NCBI GenBank assembly: GCA_951406725.2
Contig: OX597815.1
Coordinates: 157,356,001-157,420,000 of the forward strand
From: Octopus vulgaris
Taxonomy: Eukaryota
Length of the DNA stretch: 64,000 nucleotides
Reading direction: 5' to 3'
The notes beneath the pieces were generated by a model. The model worked only from the letters and a program-made list of their open reading frames with translations. It did no database searches and had not been told where the DNA came from. Positions 52,799 through 64,000 of this stretch are shown piece by piece (the first letter of the stretch is position 1; each line of letters begins with the position of its first letter). The position numbers and the translations under genes are program-made.

Positions 52799-54055
52799 GT
52801 GTATATCTATGAATATATTCCAACTGCAATAAAGGATAAGGATAGCTTGCATCTCACGATTCCGCATTCCGTTTCAAAACAGTGTTACATAATGGAAGAG
52901 GGAAAGTTTCATTTCCTCCATAGTCACACATATTCGGTGTTTTATCGATGTAATGATGTAAAGCTGTGTTTTTGATGATATTGTTCGTTAACCTAGACAC
53001 CTATGAGAAAATACCTGCTAGCCGTGGCCATCCCATTATTTTAAAATTGTGTTAATTTACATGAATCAACGTGTCTATTTCTTCCCCAGGATAGAGTGAT
53101 GTGATTTGAGAGAGATTTCACTTCTATTTTTAGCAGGGTGAGCGAACACGTAGACGCTCCCTCGCTGTATGTGTGAACAAGTTGTGTTGAGTTGATAGTG
53201 TTGGAGATTTCCAGATATGTTTTTGTTGGTTTTATTTTGTCATAATTCGCTTCTTTTATCCTTTGAAGGACACTTTTAAATAATTAGGATCTTATAAACC
53301 TTAGGGTTTTTCTATTACTTAAGATCAGTAATGATGATTGGAAGCTTGACTGATGAAAGAAAGCCTCGAATGTTCCATCCTGGTTTTTTTGTCCATCTTT
53401 TTATCGTCTATCTGCCCATATATTTTTATTGTCATCCGTTACGTTCTTATTCCGTTTTTTGGACGTACGTACGTACACCTTTTGGGCGTACGTACACCTT
53501 TTGATTAGTATTATAAGTATGTATCTAAATTCTGTAAGACTTTCTTCTTTCATTCCTCTTTTCTTTTGCTCGTTTCCCCCTCTCTCACAATGCTTGGCAT
53601 TCTCTTTCTTTAATCTCTCTACTTTATTCTATCATCTCTCTTGTACCTTTTCCTCTGTCCCTTCCCCCTCTCTCTCTCTCTAGTTTCTTCCCTAATTTTT
53701 CAATCCCTCTGCCTCCTACCTCTCTCTGTTACTCCCATGTGATCGGTGTTCAACCAAGAATGATTTTTCTTTCTTCACTGCCGCCCGCACAACACCTTTT
53801 TTTTGTCTCCTGACATTCATCTGTATTTGTGCCTTAAGGCTTCCATTTTACACGCCAGCTCAATTTAACTTGTCCTTATTAGTCGAAAGACACCTGTTGT
53901 TGTTGCTGTTTGTATTTGTAATCGTGTAAAATTTTCTCCGTTTTCTCGTTATTTTGTCTGTGCTGCTTTCTTCCAATTCGCTTGCTTTCTTCCAAACATT
54001 TAATGCCCTTAGCTTTGTATTTGTCCGTATGTTTTTATTGTTGCCCGTTACGTTC

Positions 54056-54102
<47 letters not shown>

Positions 54103-54197
54103 CAGGGTGCGGTCAATAAGTTGTCATTTGAATAACGCAAAAATGAAAATACACTGACATCTCATTTTAACAGATATATTTACTAAAATTACATAAA

Positions 54198-54327
54198 ACT
54201 AGAAAAGTATTCGGAGAGCGCAGACCTCTGCCAAGCAACTCATTTCCACCGATATACACGCATGCTGAAAATCGCCCAATTTCCCAAACCAACGCCGGCA
54301 AAAACATAACCTCCTTAGCTGGAGTAA
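54198..54327. mobile_element. Short Helentron-associated (HINE-like) element or Helentron terminus
   Basis: actagaaaagtattcggagagcgcagacctctgccaag...aaaacataacctccttagctggagtaa with imperfect subterminal inverted repeats, next to A/T runs. Confidence 0.5.
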
Positions 54328-54479
54328 AAAAATAACACATCCATATGATTTTTTTTTTTTTTAACTCTAAAAACTCACTCGGAATCATCAATGACAACAG
54401 CAAGCTAGTTTCCCTATACAACTAAAAAGAAACATCAATTACCTAAAACTTGAGTGATACACACACATCACGGTCGGAA

Positions 54480-56600
54480 AAGTAACAATCGGTTACGGTG
54501 ACTTGTGGACGCCGATCCTGGTCACCATTTACAGATCTACTTCCATACCAGTTGCTCCTGGTCCACGTAAACATGACCCAGCAGGCTTCCATAATCGGTG
54601 GTGGATTTTTGGACTAGTTGGTCGAACCCAAACTGGTTCATAGTTGTGAAGATCTAATGGTTAGGAGAATCAAGGAGATCCACGTTGAAATCACCAAGGA
54701 CGATGGTCAGATGATTCCTTGGCAAAGATCTTGTAAGATGATGCAGGCTGGTGAGGAAGGGAGCAACTGGTACGGAAGGAGATCTGTAAACGGTGATGAT
54801 ATTGATTTTTGTTGACGAGTTGGTCACCCCGACAGCGGTGTACTCTAAGCCACTAACATTCAAATGTATATCCGTGGGGACGATCTCCTGCTTGGCAACA
54901 GTCATCACCCCACCTCCATGCCCCAGTGCAGCAGACCTGTTTGCTCTAGTGATCTTCGACTGCGGTAGGATGGATGCTACTTGTTGATTCTGCTTCAAGA
55001 ACGTTTCCACGAAACAAAACACATCAACATTTTGAAGAGTGTTTTCTGCATTCAAGTCCTGTTCATGATCAAAGTAGGACCTGACATTGAGCAGTCTGAT
55101 CTGCAGTCCTCCGTGAGTAACTATAGGAGTAGCAGAAGGCAAAGTTTCAGACGACGTTTGCTGTCGAAGCCTGTTCATTTCACGAACAACAGATGGTCTA
55201 GTGCGGATTGCAGTGGCATCAAATCCAAGCAAGAGGCCACTCAAGTGTCGGACACAACTGAAGGCAACATACGCCTGGCCAGGCATTTAGGAACCTTTTC
55301 TTTGCATGGCAACAACAATCTTATCCATGGTCTTGCCCTGTACATTATGTATGGTGCAACCCCAGGCGAGTGAGAGAGGAAATTGCGAATGCTTTGCCTC
55401 CACAGGTCGTCTACCCCTCTACTGAACATCCATTCGTTTGATGGGAACTGCTCCCAGGAATGACCTTTTGTACTGGCTGTCAGCGATGGCCTGCTTACCT
55501 ACCCGTTCATTGTCAAATTTGACGAGGATTGTATGGACGTCACTACCGGTGTTGTCGATCCCAACAACTGTGCCACAGATGCCATTTGCCAGACCGTCAG
55601 AGATGTCTATGTTGACAGGTATCATCACTCTAGCGCTAACTGCTACAGACACTACTTCCCTAAGGCCGCCAGTGTCTGACGCTTCCGTAGTGTTCTTGGT
55701 AGGATGGATAGTCAGTTTTCAAATCAATCTCTTCATCTCGCTATGGATAGTAAAACATCAACAGGTTCCTGTATCTGCCTTCTCCTTCCTTTTTTTTCTT
55801 TGTGGAACCTTATGATGTAGTGGCGCTTTCGTTTTTTCATGCATCCCAAGCTGTTTTCAGGAGTTTATCTGCAATTTCTTCGGTATCTGAGTTATTGCCA
55901 CCACCTTCGATGGCATCACGTCCGTCTAAAACATCAGGGATGTGGTCAGCTGCATCATCAGGAACATCTTTTCCTCTAATTGTGTAAGTGGCTGCAATTT
56001 CTGCAAAGCACATATCTTCGAGGACATCAGGTCGCATGGTATAGCAGTCAAAAGGTGACGTACAAAAGATATATTCATCGTCTTCGTCCATACCTTGGAG
56101 GATCTTCTGGAAGATATCTGCTTTAGCGTTGAACATGAGCTTTGCAACCCTAAAGTCGTCTGCGTCAGGCTGGCGAGCAATCACAGTTTCAGAAGAGGGA
56201 TAATAAGGGAAATAGAATCTGCATGATCCACCTCTTCGGCATGTTGCTGAGTGCACCAGCTTCTGAAGAGAGAGAACGACCTGTCTCAAATCGCTCTCTT
56301 CTTCCCCTGGAATAAAGCACGTCTAGTGCTGGTTGATGAATGCAGCGATTTCTTCATCAGTGTTCGCATCAAGTTTCGGCGCATCTCTTATCCACAGAAT
56401 GGTGTGCGCGTGTGGAGAATCTCTTGCCTGGAACTCGATGCGTATCATGCAGGCTTCTAGCACTCCAATGGGATGTGCCCTTCCACCGATGAACTCTTTG
56501 AAGAATATGTATGATCAACATGTGTTTGAACTGTCGGGCTGCTGTAACTGGGTTGCATCTGGGCCAGTTGCACTTTTGCTCCCACGGCAAGGAATTTTGT
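54480..56600 (-). mobile_element. Internally deleted Helentron: HUH Rep, PIF1 helicase and AP endonuclease remnants
   Basis: RIEFQARDSPHAHTILWI (Rep HUH); HSATCRR..CRFYFP; ARVM..NIDISDGLANG and GQAYVAFS (PIF1); LLNVRS, FVETFL, GGGV, VYRSP, VLGDFNVD (APE). Confidence 0.9.
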
Positions 56601-56838
56601 TGGTCTCTCGCTCACATAATAATCAAGGGGTTGCAGACTGGAAGTTAGGTGGCCAGATGTTAGGGGAGCTGTGGTCGCAGAAATTGTCTGACAGCTATGA
56701 CTGAGTTCTCTTGATTGTGTGGCATGGTGCAGAGTCCTGTTGCCAGACATAGTGTCTTCCAGCAGTCACCCTCTTCACCCAGGGCAGCACTACCTTATTT
56801 AGGTACTTGATGTAGGTCTCCATGTTGAGTCTGAAGCA
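56601..56838 (-). mobile_element. Tc1/maT-like transposase fragment
   Basis: WQQDSAPCH...IWPPN...PLDYYV in broken frames. Confidence 0.7.
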
Positions 56839-56889
56839 TTGTGTTTGTTGATTAACTTCAAATGTATCACATCAATGTCGAGTACTATG

Positions 56890-57306
56890 CCAACTTGCTG
56901 TGGTAGTTACGAAAGATTATCAAGACCAAGCACCCAGAAAAGCTGACGGAAGTTTTGTTTCATCAGGACAATACTCCAACATACAAGTCCTTCGTTTCAA
57001 TGGCTGCTATGCGTAAATGTGGTTTTGAACTGATTTGTCACCATCTGACTATCATTTGTTCCCCAATATAAAAAAAAACCCTTCAGTGGGAATCAGTATC
57101 GCTGTGGTTATGAAGTTTTATCTGGTGTTGATGACTTTTTTGAGCAGCAGGATGAAAGCTTCTTTATCGGTGGGATCAAAGTACTGCAACACCGATAGAA
57201 GAAGCGTGTGAACTGCAAGGGGGACTATTTTGAAAACAAGCCTCATTTGGTCACATTCGATGAGAGTATTTTGGTCAGCCTCTAAGCCCTTCAGTCTACA
57301 CACGTA
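56890..57306 (+). mobile_element. Mariner 3' fragment (same family as 51007-52230)
   Basis: LFHQDN.P..K motif; ends with degenerate TIR cagcctctaagcccttcagtctacacacgta. Confidence 0.7.
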
Positions 57307-57315
57307 TGTGTATGA

Positions 57316-57350
<35 letters not shown>

Positions 57351-58084
57351 GCTACATGTGCTTGTATTTGTAAAAGTGTATGTTTAAGTCATATCAAATT
57401 ATTATTTAAGTAAAAATGATTAGAGCTCATTACGTATATATTTTATTTACGGTAATATAATTTTATACATCTCACAAATACAGCGTCATCATCTTCACGC
57501 TTAATTTATTTGTTATGGTGTTAAACATTTTCCTTCTCTCTACAAATGATCACAATCTATCCATTCAATCAAAATTATCCTTATGCATAATTTTTACCTT
57601 TAATTATATTTTTCTCTAATAATGCAGAACCGTAGCTATACTAGTAATTGATACTGATTATTCTGCATAGAGAATGACTTAGCTCAATATATCTTCTGCT
57701 ATGAATATAAATTATTACTGATGGACGATTGTTGGCATCAAACAAAATGCCTGAAGATTTTAGTTATGGTTCTTTACATTTGCCCCGAGTTCGAATTCCG
57801 CCAAGGTCATTTTATCCTTTCATCCTTATGAAATCGATAAAATGAAGTACCATCAAATACTGAGATTGATTGAATCGGTTATATCGCTCACCCTACTAAA
57901 TGAATGAACTTGTGCTAATGTTAGAAATCAATATTAATGATTTTCAAAGCTGGTGGATGACAGAATCATTAGAGTATAAGACAAAATGCCTTTGTGGTAT
58001 TTGTTCAGGCTCTTTACCTTCTAAGTTCAAATCCCGTTTCATCTTAATGGGGTGGGGGCTATAAATTAAAGTACCAGTCAAATA

Positions 58085-58370
58085 TTGGCGTTGCTGTATT
58101 GCTCAGAAAAATCTGGATTTAGAATCAAGAACTATCTTCATCGACCCGGAAGGTAGGTTGTTCGTCCTTGACTTAACGCTAAGCAGGGGTAAGGTTTTCA
58201 GGTTGTCTATGCTCCCTCGGGAACTGGACAGTCTGGGTTTTTTTCCGAGGCCTGGAGAAGTTTCTTGGGATGTCTCACATCATTGTAATATTAGGTGACT
58301 TTAACGTAATGCACACGTAGATTACGTTGGCTCGTCTACTGATAGGAGGTGAAACATGAAGCTTGTAATT
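58085..58370 (+). mobile_element. Tx1/L1-like AP endonuclease fragment
   Basis: GVAVLLRK, DPEGRLFVLD, VYAP and IVILGDFN in broken frames. Confidence 0.65.
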
Positions 58371-58419
58371 ATAGCAGCTGCTCATAAATGTCCTTATACG
58401 ACATGGCGTTGCCGTGAAA

Positions 58420-58885
58420 ACAATATACAATGTCATTCGGAAAAAAGGCTGTCCTGGAATAAATACAGAGAATCCCCTTGTTATTGAAAACACACACAAA
58501 GATCAACGCAAGGAATACTGGTGGAATATTACCATCTAAACATCTGTCAAGCATAAGCGTAACAGGCCAGACATTGTAATTTGGGGTTACAAGAAAAAGT
58601 ATGTACCGCCATACAGGTCAGCTGCCCCGCTGATGTGAATATCTCTTTGAAAATCAAAATGATAGAAGAGAACTTTGAAGAACTGCTTCGAAATCTCCAG
58701 CTTCTATATCCGGATTACAAATTTACATTCATACCAATAATGGTGCACTTAGTTTTGTGAGAAAAAGCCTAAGAGATGGGTCTGGAAAATCTTGTTATCT
58801 TCATTCCATCGATGGAGCTTTGTATCTTTGTTAGAAACCAACTCCTTCTTCAGAGGAAGAATTTAAATGATTAAATACAGAAGAG
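58420..58885 (+). mobile_element. R4/Dong-like RLE LINE 3' fragment, subfamily a
   Basis: [37 protein letters not shown]; homologous to 271-1020; followed by (TACA)n. Confidence 0.75.
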
Positions 58886-58929
58886 CCATACATACATACA
58901 TACATACATACATACATACATACATACAC

Positions 58930-59680
58930 ATCTAACGATGAGACATGACGTTGTAGCTAGGACACTATAATGAAATCGCCGGAAAGATAATCCCGAGGAC
59001 GAAGAAATATGGTAGAAGCCATAGCCACTTATAATAAAAAGGAATACTGTTGGAGTGTACCAGTGAAGACCTCGATAAAATGTAAGCACAACATACCTGA
59101 TATAATGATTTGGGATAGAGAAGAGAAACTGTGCACAGTTGTGGAAATTAGCTGCCCAGTCAAAAAAAAAAGCTGAAGATCAGTCAAAAATACAACACCT
59201 GTGCTGAACTATTGAGAAATCTGCAGTTACTCTATCCAGATTACGAGTTCAGATTTATACCTGTAATTATTGGGGCCCTGGGATATGTAACACACTGCCA
59301 AAATACCAATCTTGAGAAATTAGGCTTCTCAAAACCAGAAAGGAGAAAGCTAATTCGAAGACTACAGATCCAATCCATCACCGGAACTGTAAAAATCTGT
59401 AAAACTTTCCAGAAGTTTATCCTTTAAATATTTATGAGCATGTCTAGATATGTGATTATATGCATGAGAATACATACATAAAGAATACAAATCTGCACAT
59501 ACATACATACATACATACATACATACATACATACATACATACATACATACATACATACATACATACATACAAAAATATCCTGTTGTTGATGTTGAAATTC
59601 CAATGAAGGAACCTTGGATCTCGGTTAGAAACCGGTTCTTTCTCTATTGGTAAGAAATCTTGAAATAAACTGAATAATAA
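58930..59680 (+). mobile_element. R4/Dong-like RLE LINE 3' fragment, subfamily b
   Basis: MRHDVVAR, PDIMIWDRE..VVEISCP, LRNLQLLYPDYEFRFIPVIIGALG; (TACA)n at both junctions. Confidence 0.8.
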
Positions 59681-60645
59681 CATACATACATATAATGTTT
59701 GTGCGAGTGTGTGTCTACGTACCCGTGTCCTTCTGTCTGTGTTTGCCACAGACACCCCACTGCTCGACAACCAATACTGATTATTTAAGGCCACGCAATT
59801 AAGCAGTTCAGCATAAGGGATCGATAGAATAAGTAGCAGTCTTCAAAAAGAAAAGGACTAAAACTTGTCATGGTGGTGCCCCAGCATGGCCGCAGTCCAA
59901 TGACTGAAACAAGTATAAAAGATAACAAATAAAAGACCCATGAGAAGAAACAAGTATTTTACTTGTTCGGGTTCTTCATTTTAACAACACTTTTTGTTGG
60001 ACAGTGGCTTGCAAGATGACGAGTGACGCTTTGACATTATCAGAGAAATACTTAATATTCTTTCCATATTTTCCATAATCGTGTGTGTTTATGTGCGTGT
60101 GAGCGCACGAGCTCGTGGTGGGGAGGTGCCTCACTTGACTTTTGCATGGCAGTTACATTTTTGTCACGTTGATTCATTATGGTTTTTTAAAAAAATTTCA
60201 GTATAACTTGAAAACATTATAATTCTATAAAACAACTAATTTCTTTTCTTCTTCTACCCTTTTTATAATCCTTAGTTAAATATCTAATGATACTGATTTA
60301 TGCTCATGCGATATGATTGGTTGATATGAATAGTGAATTTTATTTATTTTTATTTATTGTAATTTCTGATTTTTTTAAATTGTCACATAATTTATACAAT
60401 ATAGCAGGAACAAACACATCAGCACGCAAAGCAAATTTTGGGTAACTTAACAGATGACTTTCTGTTTTCAAGAGTGGGATAAAGTAGCAAGAAGGTTCAA
60501 ATTTAAGTAAGAAACCACGCAATGTGAACGCCTTCCATTTGTTCATTTGTATTTTTTTAAAGATTTTTTTGCTATCAACTTCGTATAACGTGTGCCTGTG
60601 TATATGTATGTATTATGTATGTATGCATGTATGTATGTATGTATG

Positions 60646-60699
<54 letters not shown>

Positions 60700-60717
60700 C
60701 CTATCTATGTATGTATG

Positions 60718-60880
60718 TGATTATTCAGATTTATTTCAAGATTTCTTGCCAATAGAGAAAGAGTCGGTTTCTAACCTAGATCCAAGGTTCCTTCATTGGA
60801 ATTTCAACATCAACAGGGCATTTTTGCATGTCAGTGTAGGTGCAGATTTGTATGTTCTGTTTTATCTATATCATCTCAGG
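60718..60880 (-). mobile_element. 3'UTR-only copy of R4-like subfamily b in (TGTA)n
   Basis: Reverse complement of the 59480-59680 3'UTR. Confidence 0.7.
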
Positions 60881-61716
60881 TATGTATGTATGTATGTATG
60901 TATGTATGTATGTATGTATGTATGTATGTATGTATGTATTATAAGATGGGAGCGAACAGTAAGAATGAGTGCTCAACACTGCATTTGGTAAATAAACGTA
61001 TTTTTTATTTGTGGATTAATAATACAAGCAATGTTGCGTCTTGTGAGGGTCGTTACGCCAATAATAATAACACACGGAATGTTTCGATATCAGTTCTTTA
61101 TTGTGAGTCAGTTGGTTCAATATCTAATCAACAAGCTTCTCAATCTTTTGTTTAATGCGCTGGTTAAACAATCAATCCGTTGTTTGTAAGTCAAAGTCCT
61201 TTCGTCGCTATACGCAACCTTCCCAGGAAGTTACCTTCTCTCCTCAAGATCCGCTCTGAGTCTGTCCGGGAATTAGTCCAATGTTATGTGTATGTATGCT
61301 TGTATAGACTTTTTGCTTTTTGAGTCCGGTAGGATTTGTTGCCTGTTGGTTTTTTTTTTTGAACAGGCAGGGAGTCCTTACTGGATTCGAAGCTTTTTGT
61401 CTGCCTTGCGGTGGAGACGTGTGTGTTGTCTCACATAATTGTGAGAAATTGTATTTGAAAATTTAGGTGCCCACGTGGATTAAAAGAATTGGCCAGGAGT
61501 ACCTTTCAGTCGAAAATTTATTTCTTTGCCTGGATTTGAACTCTCTTTTCACAGCTATCATTTATTTAAAAAAAAAAAAAGAACTTTATTTGAACTGTTA
61601 TTTTTATTTTTTCTTCCCTTCTGTTGTGTCTTCTTTCTTTTTTTTTTTTTGTATATATCTTTCTTTATTTGAAAACGTATTGACGAACTATATTTGAACT
61701 TTTTATTTTTAAAAAA

Positions 61717-62331
61717 ATGGCAAAGAAAATATTAGTGTGGGAATTAACACCTCCCAAATCATGGCTAAAAGAGCTCGAAAAGAAGACGGTGGTATTGAGG
61801 ACTTATTCAAAGTCGCTCGATACCATAACCGTCTTCCCGAAAGCCACAATTTTGAAAGAGCTGGCAGAAAACATGCCAGTTATTAAATGTATTTCACGGG
61901 GAGTCAAATTTGCAACGGTCTGGTTGCTATTTGACTCCCCCAAAGAAGTTTGCGATTTTGCAAGCCGGCCCCTCGAGGGGAAGGAAATAACGTTTCTTCC
62001 AAGCTACTGTGGAAAGAAATTATTGAAAGCTTGGATCTGCGGTTTGCCACCCGTAGTTGAGCCCGAGTGGATAGAGGACTCTATCCGCCGGGGTCTGGGT
62101 GGTAGCAGTACCAAGCTGCTCAACGTAAAAATTTTGCCTGCGGCTGATTGGGAGGGGTCAAAAGCTTTGTTGACCCTATGGACCCAATCAGCCGAAAGTC
62201 TGGTTTTCCCAGATTTTTTTAGGATGGCCGGATCTAGGTACCTGGTGATGCTCGAGGGACGCCCCCATCAAGTGTCACCTGTGCCTGGAGACCGGCTATA
62301 TCAAGAAAAACTGCCCCAAGGACCAAAATAG
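61717..62331 (+). pseudogene. Tx1/L1-like ORF1 (RRM-like region; zinc knuckle after a frameshift) in an element spanning about 61290-63055
   Basis: 204-aa ORF; shifted frame near 62270 reads KCHLCLETGYIKKNCP (CCHC with H to Y), then a K/E-rich tail; T-rich 5'UTR and A-rich 3' end. Confidence 0.65.
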
Positions 62332-63204
62332 GATCCTGGAACAATTAACAGAGGAACCACTCCCTGCTCCCTCAATGGAGGGAGAGAAGGAGGAGGATGT
62401 CGAGGAGGTTTCCACCTCCTCGAAAAAACGAAAGCGAAAGGTAGGCAACAATGGTTGCCCACCGAAGAACCCGAGAGCTGCGGGAGAAAAGGAGGACCTG
62501 CTGGACACAGCAAGGGAACACCACCCACCCGCAGCCCAAGGGAAAAAGAAAAGAAAAAAGAAAAACGGGACATTGCCGGCAGATTGTGACACGCTGCCGG
62601 CGTGTCCCGATTCTCCTTTGGCGGGTGTGCTGCTGGAGGAGGAATTTTTGGTCCTCTTCCACAAGGGAGGAACCTTGCAAAATGAAATTTAAAAAATTGA
62701 AAGGAAGTGCCGGTGGGAGGGGCTTCTGTCCTACACGGAGAACCGTGAGTGGCCTTCGCAGGTGGCTGCGGAGGTCATATGGGAGAACGATCTATGGAAG
62801 ATAACGAACTCCTTCCCGAAGGACTCCTTCAGATTTATGTTAAAACCTTTAAGTTCGGAACGGACCAGGTGCTTCGATGAAGCGAGGAGCCTGGCCGGGC
62901 GGAAAAATTGAAGAGATGTATTACCTCAAAAAGAGACTAAAAATGTAAAAAGTGACAGGATTATTACCTCGTATTTGTGTTTTATTTTTAATTTTGAACT
63001 GTGTAAGAGGTTTATTACCTCATTGTGTTTTTTAAAAAAAAAAAGAAAAAAGAACAATGTTTTAGAGAAGCGAAAGTCGGCGGGCGCTTTTCGTCTTCTC
63101 CCATCCTTATCATCCATATATCATCATCATTCATCCCATTAATGTCTCTGTCTAGCCCTCAAGCTTCTCTTTCTGTGCTGCCCTTGTGGCAAATTTAATG
63201 AAAT

Positions 63205-63313
63205 AAAGAAGCTTGCTTCCCAACCACATGGTTTCGGGTTCAGTCCCACTGGGCCGACCAAAGCCTTGTGAGTGAATTTGGTAGACGGAAATTGAAAGAA
63301 GCCCGTTGTGTTT

Positions 63314-63352
<39 letters not shown>

Positions 63353-63625
63353 TGTGTGTATGTTTGTGTGTGTGTTCGTGTGTGTGTGCGCGCGTGTGTG
63401 TGCGTGTGTGTATGTGTGTGTGCGTGTGTGTGTGTGCGTGTGTGTGTGTTTGTTTGTTTGATCCCCACCACAGTTTGACAACCGGTGCAGGTGTGTTTAC
63501 GACGCCGTATCTTATCGGTTCGGCAATAAGTCCTTGGGTCGATCAGTTTGACTAAAACCCTTCAAGGTGGTGCCCAAGCATGGCCGCAGTCAAGTGATTG
63601 AAAAACTAAAAGACAAAAGATGAAA
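63205..63625 (+). mobile_element. Family A SINE with internal deletion
   Basis: agaagcttgcttcccaaccacatggtttcgggttcagtccc through gcatggccgcagtcaagtgattga. Confidence 0.75.
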
Positions 63626-64000
63626 GATACCGTCACATACCTGCACGCCCATCCACACGGATACACCCATGTATGCATATTGTGCGGGTGGTAACATTAG
63701 CGTTATGGTTCTTCTACCTACCATGTATATTTTCTATTCAGTATTGGTAATGGGTCGTTTTTGAGAAGAGACTCGCGTATCGAAATGACGAGTCTCTCGG
63801 GTGTTTAGAAAAATGTCAATGCATATTCGGCTCAGCATGCCACCATTTTAATCTCTGACTTGCTAATGGATTATCTACGACTGTCACCTGTCATTATACT
63901 CCTGCCAGTGATCATATAGTCTCTCCGCTAGACTCCTAGAAGTCTACCTCAATGTATGATGTATTCCGGTTCTTACAATCACTCTCCATGCACCTTATGC

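Noticed and set aside
53345-53385. CTGATGA in family F read as a hammerhead
   Set aside because: It is followed by GAATG rather than GAAA, and there are no convincing stems I or III
59595-59650. CCAATGA...GAAAC in the R4-like 3'UTR read as a hammerhead
   Set aside because: The core lacks CUGA in all three copies and the region folds better as a simple hairpin

Overview
AT-rich, microsatellite-saturated animal genomic DNA; the SINE families and repeat landscape look like an octopus/coleoid genome (inference). The only confident host coding sequence is one terminal exon encoding the end of a MAM domain (18737-18970, +). Most ORFs in the supplied track are microsatellite artefacts. The rest is mobile DNA: Penelope-like elements (PLEs, Neptune-type RT/GIY-YIG remnants) inserted in (TA)n, R4/Dong-like RLE LINEs in (TACA)n, RTE, Tx1/L1 and CR1/Jockey-like fragments, mariner/Tc1 copies, a deleted Helentron, a non-autonomous Helitron, a MITE and many tRNA-derived SINEs. 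The most striking structure is a 4.8-kb palindrome (25648-30478, 22-nt spacer). It is centred on the C-terminal coding end of a PLE GIY-YIG endonuclease and capped at both ends by outward-facing type I hammerhead ribozyme (HHR) motifs. The window holds about nine minimal HHR motifs in total (six with an intact CUGANGA/GAAA core) and three further, smaller fold-back PLE-type insertions. All calls were made by eye; no database searches were run.
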